Of a stretch of 64,000 nucleotides of DNA, positions 34,477 to 42,333 are shown in pieces. The stretch's first letter is position 1. Each line of letters opens with the position of its first letter. A program made the translations under genes and the position numbers. The notes under the pieces are model-generated. The model ran no database searches and had not been told where the DNA came from. It saw only the letters and a list, made by a program, of their open reading frames with translations. The stretch covers positions 13,678 through 77,677 of the forward strand of contig JAUYNJ010000005.1 in NCBI GenBank assembly GCA_030696105.1, written 5' to 3'. This stretch comes from a bacterium. GTDB taxonomy: Bacteria; Patescibacteriota; Patescibacteriia; Patescibacteriales; UBA12465.

Positions 34477-35766
34477 ATGAAAAAAATTATCATGTTTAAA
34501 CTGAAAATCCTGAGCAAGTTGATTTTGAGGAAATATCGTCCCGAAATCATCGCGATTAGCGGTTCAATGGGCAAAACCAGCGCCAAGGAGGCGATATTCT
34601 CCGTCTTGTCCTCTCGATTGTCAGTGCGAACAAGTATAAAAAATTATAATAACGAAATAGGCGTTCCGCTCACTGTCATCGGCGTCGCCTCTCCTGGCTC
34701 TTCACTACTAGGTTGGTTCGAGGTGTTTTTGAAGGCAGCAAAACTATTAATTATAACCGACAAGGAATACCCCAAGTATTTAGTTTTAGAAATGGGCATT
34801 GATCGACCTGGGGATATGGATTACTTAACCCGCTTAGCACCGCCAAGCGTCGGCGTAATGACGGCGGTAAGTTATTCACATATTGATTTTTTTGGTACTT
34901 TGCAAAATATCAAAAAGGAAAAACAAGTGCTTATTGAACGCGTTAGCCGTAAGGGTCTCAGTGTTTTAAATTATGACAATGAAGATGCGCGTTCTATGGC
35001 GGAAGTCAGTCCGGCGCGCTCTGTCACCTATGGCTTACAAGACGGCGCGGATGTCATCGCTCAAGATATAAATTATCATTTTGGTCGCGGTGAATATGAT
35101 ATTGCCGGGGTAAGCTTTAAGTTAAATCATGAGGGTAGTTTAGTGCCAGTAACAATGCCAAACATTCTTGGTGAGGCGGGCCTATATGCCGCTCTCGCTG
35201 CGGCTTCAGTGGCTATTCACTACGGCTTTAACTTGATGGCAATTGCGCAAGCGCTGCGCACAGTGCGCATGCCCGCTGGTCGCATGCAACTTCTGCCCGG
35301 CATAAAACATACCTTTATTATTGATGATACATATAATTCTTCACCGGAAGCCTGTTTATCGGCAGCGAGGGTATTAGGGGAGGTAAAGCTTGATGCCAAT
35401 GCAAGTAAGTATGCAGTTCTTGGCGATATGTTAGAAATCGGCGCTTATAGTATTGAAGGCCATCGTAAGCTTGGGCAAGAAATATTTAAACAAGGCGTTG
35501 ATTATATTATCAGCGTTGGTGAGCGTTCACGTGACATTGATCGTGGGGCGATTGAGGCGGGCATGAGTGCCGATTTCATTTTTCACTTTGATGATACCGA
35601 GACGGCTGGACGTTTTATACAAGAGCGCTTACGTGAAGGGGATGTCGCTTTGATAAAAGGCTCACAAGGCATGCGCATGGAAAAAATCGTTAAGGAATTA
35701 ATGGCTGAGCCCGAACGAGCGGAAGAATTGCTCGTTCGGCAGGGATCAGACTGGCCCGATGCCTAA
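34477..35766 (+). CDS. murF: UDP-N-acetylmuramoyl-tripeptide--D-alanyl-D-alanine ligase
   Basis: 429 aa Mur ligase. ISGSMGKTS and DDTYNSSPEA. Confidence 0.85.
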   Translation: MKKIIMFKLKILSKLILRKYRPEIIAISGSMGKTSAKEAIFSVLSSRLSVRTSIKNYNNEIGVPLTVIGVASPGSSLLGWFEVFLKAAKLLIITDKEYPKYLVLEMGIDRPGDMDYLTRLAPPSVGVMTAVSYSHIDFFGTLQNIKKEKQVLIERVSRKGLSVLNYDNEDARSMAEVSPARSVTYGLQDGADVIAQDINYHFGRGEYDIAGVSFKLNHEGSLVPVTMPNILGEAGLYAALAAASVAIHYGFNLMAIAQALRTVRMPAGRMQLLPGIKHTFIIDDTYNSSPEACLSAARVLGEVKLDANASKYAVLGDMLEIGAYSIEGHRKLGQEIFKQGVDYIISVGERSRDIDRGAIEAGMSADFIFHFDDTETAGRFIQERLREGDVALIKGSQGMRMEKIVKELMAEPERAEELLVRQGSDWPDA

Positions 35767-35787
35767 GTTACATATTTGTTATAAAAA

Positions 35788-35808
35788 ACGCCCTAGCGGG
35801 CGTTTTTG
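35788..35808 (+). terminator. rho-independent terminator ending the dcw operon
   Basis: ACGCCC-TAGC-GGGCGT followed by TTTTT. Confidence 0.7.
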
Positions 35809-35843
35809 CTTGATTTTTACACATATTAGGCTATACTCAAGTT

Positions 35844-36707
35844 ATGTCTATACTAATACTTGGTGGCGCTGGCAATCTCGGCACCCAACTGAAAAAAAGT
35901 TTTGTCTCTGATAATATTGTTGCTTGGGACCGCGATGATTTTGATTTTTTAGATTTCGCGCAATTGCAGCGGCGGCTCTTTGAATTAAAGCCAGATGTCA
36001 TCATAAATACGGCTGCCTATAACGCCGTTGATAAATGCGAGACGGATGAGACGGAGACAGCGCTTGCCTGGAAGCTGAATCGTGACTTGCCAGGAGTCTT
36101 GGCTGATTATTGTCTTGAACACGATATTTTGTTGGTACATTACTCGACTGATTATGTTTTCGGTGGTGACGGCCGCTTATCAAGTGATTATGATGAGCTG
36201 GCTCGTCCAGTACCTATGAGTGTATACGGACAGACTAAGTTTGGTGGTGAACAAGAGATTGCTCGTCGCGCCTTGTCAGGCTTGAACTACTATCTAATTC
36301 GCACCTCTAAGTTATTTGGACCAAAAGCGGAGAATGAAGGCGCCAAACCCAGTTTTTTTGATATTGTGTTAGAGCTGGGCAAAAAGAATCCTGAAGTTAA
36401 GGCGATTGATAGCGAGATTAGTTGTTTTACCTATACTCCCGACTTAGCAGTGGCTACTAAGGCAATGATAAGCGAGAAATGTGCTCGCGGCATCTACCAT
36501 CTTACAAATTCCGGACCAGTTACTTGGTATGATGGTGTCAAAGAATTATTTGCCCTAGCTGAGATTAAGACACCTTTAATTGCCATCACACCCGAAGAAT
36601 GGCCTAGGCCGGCGAAGCGTCCGGTATTCTCGGCCCTCGCTAATACCCGTCGTCCTCGTCTGCGTCCTTGGCAGGCAGCCTTAGCTGAATATATAAAAAC
36701 GAAATAA
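35844..36707 (+). CDS. rmlD: dTDP-4-dehydrorhamnose reductase
   Basis: 287 aa SDR. ILILGGAGNLG, YSTDYVF and SVYGQTKFGGE. Confidence 0.85.
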   Translation: MSILILGGAGNLGTQLKKSFVSDNIVAWDRDDFDFLDFAQLQRRLFELKPDVIINTAAYNAVDKCETDETETALAWKLNRDLPGVLADYCLEHDILLVHYSTDYVFGGDGRLSSDYDELARPVPMSVYGQTKFGGEQEIARRALSGLNYYLIRTSKLFGPKAENEGAKPSFFDIVLELGKKNPEVKAIDSEISCFTYTPDLAVATKAMISEKCARGIYHLTNSGPVTWYDGVKELFALAEIKTPLIAITPEEWPRPAKRPVFSALANTRRPRLRPWQAALAEYIKTK

Positions 36708-36725
36708 ATTAATAACTATAATATT

Positions 36726-37451
36726 ATGCGTGGAATAATTCTCTCAGGAGGCAGCGGTACTCGTTTACGACCATTAACCAAGATTACGAGTAAGCAACTA
36801 CTACCAATATACAATCGGCCGATGATATACTATCCCTTAAATACCCTCATTCAGGCTGGTATTAAGGAGATTTTAATAATCATTTCTCCCGAAAGAGCTG
36901 GTGATTACTTAAACCTATTGGGCAGTGGTCGTGAATTTGGCGTGAAGTTTACCTACGAAATTCAAGATAAGCCTGAGGGCTTGGCGCAGGCCTTTATCAT
37001 CGGGGAGAAGTTTATTAATGATGAGGATGTCGCTATGATTCTTGGTGATAATATTTTTGAAGATGATTTTTCAAAGGACATCACAAACTTCAAGGGTGGT
37101 GCTAAAGTTTTTGCGAAGAAAGTAAGCGATCCGGAAAGATTCGGTGTAGTTAAATTTAATGAGGAGATGAAGGCAGAGAAGATTGTTGAAAAACCGCAGG
37201 AGTACTTAAGTGATTACGCTGTCACCGGTCTTTATGTTTATGATCATAACGTCGTCAGTATTGCTAAGAACTTGAAACCGAGTGATAGGGGCGAGCTAGA
37301 AATTACTGACGTTAACAACTGGTATTTAGAAAAAGGACAGCTTGACGTCGCGATGGTAAATGGAGAATGGCTTGATGCGGGGACCTTTGACAGTTTACTG
37401 AAGGCGCAGTTATTCGCAAAAGAAAAACTCGACGCAAAAATGATTATTTAG
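36726..37451 (+). CDS. rmlA: glucose-1-phosphate thymidylyltransferase-like sugar nucleotidyltransferase (short form)
   Basis: 241 aa. MRGIILSGGSGTRLRPLT and LGDNIF. Adjacent to rmlD. Confidence 0.75.
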   Translation: MRGIILSGGSGTRLRPLTKITSKQLLPIYNRPMIYYPLNTLIQAGIKEILIIISPERAGDYLNLLGSGREFGVKFTYEIQDKPEGLAQAFIIGEKFINDEDVAMILGDNIFEDDFSKDITNFKGGAKVFAKKVSDPERFGVVKFNEEMKAEKIVEKPQEYLSDYAVTGLYVYDHNVVSIAKNLKPSDRGELEITDVNNWYLEKGQLDVAMVNGEWLDAGTFDSLLKAQLFAKEKLDAKMII

Positions 37452-37468
37452 AATATTATTATACTTAA

Positions 37469-38434
37469 ATGAAGTTAACTGTTGGCTTTCTTTGTTACAA
37501 TCAAAGCTCAGCGCCATATCTCAAGCTATTTCTCGAGAGTCTTGAGAGGTCTTTGCGTGTCTGGGGTGGAGAAGTGAGCATACTGGCAGGAGACAACAGT
37601 GATGACGGCACGAGCGCTAACCGAGAGTTAATTAAAGCGCACAACGAAGCGGCGACTTACAAAATTGATTACCTTGATTTTCAAAATAATCTTGGTTTTG
37701 CAGCGGCGTATAATAAGCTGATTGGGAAGGCATCGCTTGAGGGAAGTGAATACTTTCTCATGTTAAATCCTGATATGCTGATAGACGAGCAGGCGGTTAA
37801 GCATTTAATTCAGGGCATAGAGGACAATGCCGATGTGGCCGTGCTTTGCCCAAAAATATTACAATGGGATTTTCAAAATAAGCAGACAACTGACATCATC
37901 GATTCTTGCGGAATTATGATGAAGCCCGGCCTTAGATTCTATGACCTAGGACAGGGAAAAAAGGATGACGCTAGCTATGACCGGGCAGAGATTTTTGGAG
38001 CCTCGGGCGCCGCCGGCCTCTATAAGTTGAGCGCTTTAAATTGCATTAAGGAAAACGGTCAGTATTTTGACGAACGCTTCTTTATGTACAAGGAGGACTG
38101 CGACTTGGCGTATCGTCTGAGGGAGTCGGGTTTTAACACTAAACTTGTCCCCGAATCGCTTGTTTACCATGACCGGAGCGCGGCCGTTAAAGGGGGCCTT
38201 GTCCAAACAACGCGCGATTGGTTTAGGCGAAGCCGCTTGACACGAAGCTGGTCTTTCGTTAATCAGCACCTACTCTTTATTAAACACTTGACGAAGGAGT
38301 CTGTTTACTCGCGTTTTCTGATTTATATGCAATGTGTTGCTTATTTAATTTTTTCTTTAATTTTAGCTCAATTTTTACTAAAATCTTACCCCATTATTTG
38401 GCGCAAGCGCCGAGTATTGACTAATACAAAATAA
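37469..38434 (+). CDS. family 2 glycosyltransferase with C-terminal TM segment
   Basis: 321 aa. GT-A fold motifs (GDNSDDGT, LNPDM) and a C-terminal hydrophobic helix. Confidence 0.85.
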   Translation: MKLTVGFLCYNQSSAPYLKLFLESLERSLRVWGGEVSILAGDNSDDGTSANRELIKAHNEAATYKIDYLDFQNNLGFAAAYNKLIGKASLEGSEYFLMLNPDMLIDEQAVKHLIQGIEDNADVAVLCPKILQWDFQNKQTTDIIDSCGIMMKPGLRFYDLGQGKKDDASYDRAEIFGASGAAGLYKLSALNCIKENGQYFDERFFMYKEDCDLAYRLRESGFNTKLVPESLVYHDRSAAVKGGLVQTTRDWFRRSRLTRSWSFVNQHLLFIKHLTKESVYSRFLIYMQCVAYLIFSLILAQFLLKSYPIIWRKRRVLTNTK

Positions 38435-38502
38435 TGTGATAGATTTGCCTTAGCCGATATTAATGTATTTACAATATAGCGAAGGCTATATTTATTATTT
38501 CT

Positions 38503-39561
38503 ATGATGGATAACTTACTCGAGTCAATCGCACGCGAAAAGCGTAGCGAAGAAATGGCCAAACTTAACGCTATTCAGATTGTGAATACGCTTTTTTCTGA
38601 TTTAATGGAACGTGAACGAGATATTTTAACTCGTCGTTTTGGTTTAAATGGAGATAAGAATGAAACACTGGAAAAAATTGGGCAGTTACACAAATTAACA
38701 CGTGAGCGCGTCCGCCAAATTGAAAATGCCAGTATTAAGAAAATTAAACGCCTTGAGAATATTACAGAGTATCTCTCTATCTTAAAGAGTGTTGTTAGCG
38801 ACCTTTTGAAAGAACACGGTGGCTTACTGCGACGCGATTATCTGCTTGATATTTTGACGGTGATGAGCCTTGAGATGGCTGGCGCTGAGGATGTCGACAT
38901 GAATAGCCCCGAATATGAAAAGAACCGACAGGTCTACAAAAGCCGCTTCGACTTCCTTTTATCCAAATTATTGAATGAAGATTTTGATTTAGTGAGTGAA
39001 ACTCCTAAATTTAATGCCTCTATCAAGATGAAAGACGAGGGGGTTGATCACTTTGAAGCAATTACTGAAGATTTAATCTCTGAAATCGAAACTTCGAAGA
39101 AAACCTTTACGACCGAAGAAGTGATTGCGCTTCTTAAGAATCTTGAGAGCTATCGTCAGCACGCTGATAAGCTTGAAAATGATGGTGCTGATATTACCTC
39201 AATTTTTAAGAGCAAAGTATTCCCAGATAAGGCTGAAATTATCAATAAAAATAAAACTCTATATTCTTTATTGCAGGCCGTAAAGCACCTAGAGCGCAAT
39301 AAGTTTGGTTTTTGGGGTAAAGCTGATTGGCAGGAGATTAAGCCTAAAACTATTAATGATAAGATTTATCTTGTTTTAAAGAATGCCAGTAAACCACTGC
39401 ACTTCACGGAAATCGCCGCTAAAATCAACGAAATCAAATTTGACCATAAAAACGCAAATCCTGCTACAGTTCATAATGAACTAATTCTGGATGAACGCTA
39501 CGTTTTGACGGGTCGCGGCATGTATGGTTTAAGGGAGTGGCAGGCCGCCGAAAAAGCTTAA
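38503..39561 (+). CDS. sigma-70 region-4-like domain fused to a C-terminal HARE-HTH domain (no sigma region 2)
   Basis: 352 aa. The N-terminus ERDILTRRFGL...TLEKIGQLHKLTRERVRQIENASIKKIKRL resembles sigma-70 r4. The C-terminus KPLHFTEIAAKI...NPATVHNELILDERYVLTGRGMYGLREW resembles the delta-subunit/HARE type HTH. Confidence 0.6.
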   Translation: MMDNLLESIAREKRSEEMAKLNAIQIVNTLFSDLMERERDILTRRFGLNGDKNETLEKIGQLHKLTRERVRQIENASIKKIKRLENITEYLSILKSVVSDLLKEHGGLLRRDYLLDILTVMSLEMAGAEDVDMNSPEYEKNRQVYKSRFDFLLSKLLNEDFDLVSETPKFNASIKMKDEGVDHFEAITEDLISEIETSKKTFTTEEVIALLKNLESYRQHADKLENDGADITSIFKSKVFPDKAEIINKNKTLYSLLQAVKHLERNKFGFWGKADWQEIKPKTINDKIYLVLKNASKPLHFTEIAAKINEIKFDHKNANPATVHNELILDERYVLTGRGMYGLREWQAAEKA

Positions 39562-39577
39562 AATACGAATTGAATTT

Positions 39578-39608
39578 AACCGCCCGCAACTAAGCGGGCG
39601 GTTTTTTG
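39578..39608 (+). terminator. rho-independent terminator
   Basis: 10-bp stem AACCGCCCGC/GCGGGCGGTT, 6-nt loop, T run. Confidence 0.78.
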
Positions 39609-39642
39609 TTTTCTAATATTTATGCTAAAATATATACAGATT

Positions 39643-39668
39643 AGTCACTGTCTTTTAAGACATCGACT
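39643..39668. promoter_or_regulatory. 26-nt imperfect palindrome between promoter and first gene of the surface operon
   Basis: AGTCACTGTCTTTTAAGACATCGACT has 10 of 13 symmetric pairs. It lies downstream of the extended -10 TGCTAAAAT (39623-39631) and 15 nt before ATG 39683. Confidence 0.4.
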
Positions 39669-39682
39669 TGCAATAATTTGTT

Positions 39683-41134
39683 ATGGAAATAGTCATTGAC
39701 ACGACCCGCTTGGTTGAATTTTCTCAGCTTCCTATTGATCAAATGGCGTGGGAATTTTTTATAAATGTTGGCTGGATTCTTCTAGCTATTGGTTTTTTGT
39801 ATGGCGTGCTTTTAATTTATAAGGTGCGTCTTAGTACACAATGGGCCGCAAAGAGCCTTAAATATATCATCCTTGCTGTTGATGTTCCCAAAGGAAACGA
39901 GCAATCTCCTAAAGCTGTGGAGAATATGTTTACTTATCTTGGGGGTGCTCATGGGTCTATTAATTTTTTTGAAAAATGGTTCGAAGGGAAATTTCAGCCT
40001 TCTTTTAGTTATGAAATTGTAAGCCTTGAAGGCTATACCCAGTTTTTAATCAGAACACCGATTGAGTACCGCAACTTAATTGAAACTTCAATTTATTCTC
40101 AGTATCCAGACGCCGAAATATCCGAGGTGGATGATTACGTTGACACCGTCCCGCACACTTTTCCTGATGAAGAATATGACATTTGGGGCTCGGAATTTGT
40201 GCAATCTAAAGACTGGTCTTATCCGATTAAAATGTATCGTGAGTTTGAGCATATGATGGGACCGAGCGAAACTCAGTTCAAGGACCCGATGGCCTCACTG
40301 ATGGATCTTTGTGGCTCTTTACGCGAAGGAGAGCAGTTATGGTTTCAATTAATCGTTATACCAACCGGTTTCGATTGGTTGGCGGCGACTGATAAGGCGG
40401 TTGATAAAATACTAGGCAAGAAAAAGAAATCTGACGGACTTTTCTCAAAGGCGCTCGAGTGGCTGGGAATTTTTAGTGAAATGATTTTCAGTATTTGGAG
40501 CGAAGTCGAAGAAAAAAAAGATGATGGCAAGGGTCTGTCTATGGTTGAGTTAAACCCTAAGCAGAAAAAACAGGTCGAAGCAATTCAGGCGAAGGCCTCT
40601 AAGTTAGCCTTTGAAGCAAAAATCAGGGTTATCTATGTTGCTCGTCGTGAAGTCATGAATCGTAGTAAAGTAACGAGCGGTTTTGTCGGCTATATTAAAC
40701 AGTTTGCTTCACTTGATCTTAATAATCTTAAGCCCGACACCACCGCAACCATGACTAAAACTGCTTATTTCAATAAAGATAAGCGTCTGATTAGAAAAAA
40801 GAATCTCATCATGAATAATTACGTTAATCGTGATGATTATTCCGGCAGGTTGCCGGGCATATATGATATTGAAGAGCTTGCGACCCTATGGCACTTTCCG
40901 CTGGAGGCGAATGTTAAATCGCCGCTGGTGCAGAAGGCTCCTGGACGCAAGGCCGACGCCCCTTCATCTTTGCCGATGGTCGATGATTTTATGGGCGGAG
41001 CCTCTCCGGAGTTATTTAACGTAGAAGTGTTGCGTCGTGAAAAGCAGCAACCTGAGAGAAATGAGATGACTGAACAGAGAAATGAGGATATCAATAGAAA
41101 AGCCTCAGCTCCTGATAACTTACCTTTTGCTTAA
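39683..41134 (+). CDS. single-pass membrane protein with large globular domain, uncharacterised family
   Basis: 483 aa. TM at aa ~22-46, then ILAVDVPKGNEQSPKAVENMF...FSYEIVSLEGYTQFLIRTP...IYSQYPDAEISEVDDY...ELATLWHFP. No P-loop. Confidence 0.7.
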   Translation: MEIVIDTTRLVEFSQLPIDQMAWEFFINVGWILLAIGFLYGVLLIYKVRLSTQWAAKSLKYIILAVDVPKGNEQSPKAVENMFTYLGGAHGSINFFEKWFEGKFQPSFSYEIVSLEGYTQFLIRTPIEYRNLIETSIYSQYPDAEISEVDDYVDTVPHTFPDEEYDIWGSEFVQSKDWSYPIKMYREFEHMMGPSETQFKDPMASLMDLCGSLREGEQLWFQLIVIPTGFDWLAATDKAVDKILGKKKKSDGLFSKALEWLGIFSEMIFSIWSEVEEKKDDGKGLSMVELNPKQKKQVEAIQAKASKLAFEAKIRVIYVARREVMNRSKVTSGFVGYIKQFASLDLNNLKPDTTATMTKTAYFNKDKRLIRKKNLIMNNYVNRDDYSGRLPGIYDIEELATLWHFPLEANVKSPLVQKAPGRKADAPSSLPMVDDFMGGASPELFNVEVLRREKQQPERNEMTEQRNEDINRKASAPDNLPFA

Positions 41135-42333
41135 TGGATAAAGATATTCGAAAAAGCCGCATTGGCATTGACGCTCGATTTTACGGACCCTTAGGAAAGG
41201 GTCTGGGTCGTTATGTTCAGGAAATTGTCGATCGCGTAATCAGATTGCAAGCTGCTAATGAGCCTGAGATTGAGTTTGTTATTTTCTTGAGCCCTGGTAA
41301 TTATGAGGAGTATGTTTGCCCGAATTCTAATGTACGTAAAGTTCTTGTGCCACAACGCTGGTACTCCTGGCGTGAGCAAGTAATCTTTCCAATCATTTTA
41401 AGACGTGAGAAATTAAGTCTTATTCACTTTCCTCACTTTAATGTACCACTACTCACCCCATCACCTTTTATTGTTACTATTCACGACTTGATTCTCACAA
41501 AATTTCCGAGTCGCCGCGCCTCAATGCTCCCCCCTCTGCTTTACTGGATTAAACAAGCGGCCTACCGGTTAGTGGTGAGAACGGCGGTGAGACGCGCTAA
41601 GGCAATTATTGCAGTTTCTGAATTTACTAAGAAAGATATTATTGAACAGTTTTCAGCTTCACCGGCCAAAATATTTATAACCTATGAAGGAGTTGTTGAT
41701 TTTAATCGGACAGAAAATATTGAAGAGAAAGGAGCGTCAATTCTGGGTGAGTATGGTATTAGCCGGCCGTATCTGTTATACGTAGGCAACGCTTATCCTC
41801 ATAAAAATTTGAGCCGTTTGCTTAGTTCTTATTTGCAAGTAAGAAAAATTTTACCAGATTTATCTTTAGTGATGGTTGGAAAAAATGATTATTTCTATCA
41901 ACGTGTTAGGGCCGAAGCACAACAGTTGACGTTAGCAGTAGTAATGAATGGTCAAGGTAAGATTATTTTTCCTGGTTATGTCCCCGATGAAGAGTTAGGT
42001 AATTTATACCGAAACGCCCTTCTTTACGTATTTCCTTCTCTTTATGAAGGTTTTGGTTTGCCACCGCTTGAAGCAATGTCATGTTCTTGTCCAGTTGCAT
42101 CGTCTAATCAAGCTAGCTTGCCAGAGATTTTAGGTGAAGCGGCTACTTATTTCGACCCTTATGATGTAAGTAATATGAGCGCGATTATAAGCGACCTGGC
42201 AGTTGATGAAAAAAGAAGGGAAGAGATGATAAGCGCAGGCAGGGAGCATATCAAAAAATTTAGCTGGCAGCGCTGCGCCGAACAAACACTCGCTATATAT
42301 TTACAGATAATCAGTCACAATGCTAAACGATAA
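41134..42333 (+). CDS. family 4 (GT-B) glycosyltransferase
   Basis: 399 aa. PSLYEGFGLPPLEAM motif. The start overlaps the upstream stop as TAATG. Confidence 0.88.
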   Translation: MDKDIRKSRIGIDARFYGPLGKGLGRYVQEIVDRVIRLQAANEPEIEFVIFLSPGNYEEYVCPNSNVRKVLVPQRWYSWREQVIFPIILRREKLSLIHFPHFNVPLLTPSPFIVTIHDLILTKFPSRRASMLPPLLYWIKQAAYRLVVRTAVRRAKAIIAVSEFTKKDIIEQFSASPAKIFITYEGVVDFNRTENIEEKGASILGEYGISRPYLLYVGNAYPHKNLSRLLSSYLQVRKILPDLSLVMVGKNDYFYQRVRAEAQQLTLAVVMNGQGKIIFPGYVPDEELGNLYRNALLYVFPSLYEGFGLPPLEAMSCSCPVASSNQASLPEILGEAATYFDPYDVSNMSAIISDLAVDEKRREEMISAGREHIKKFSWQRCAEQTLAIYLQIISHNAKR

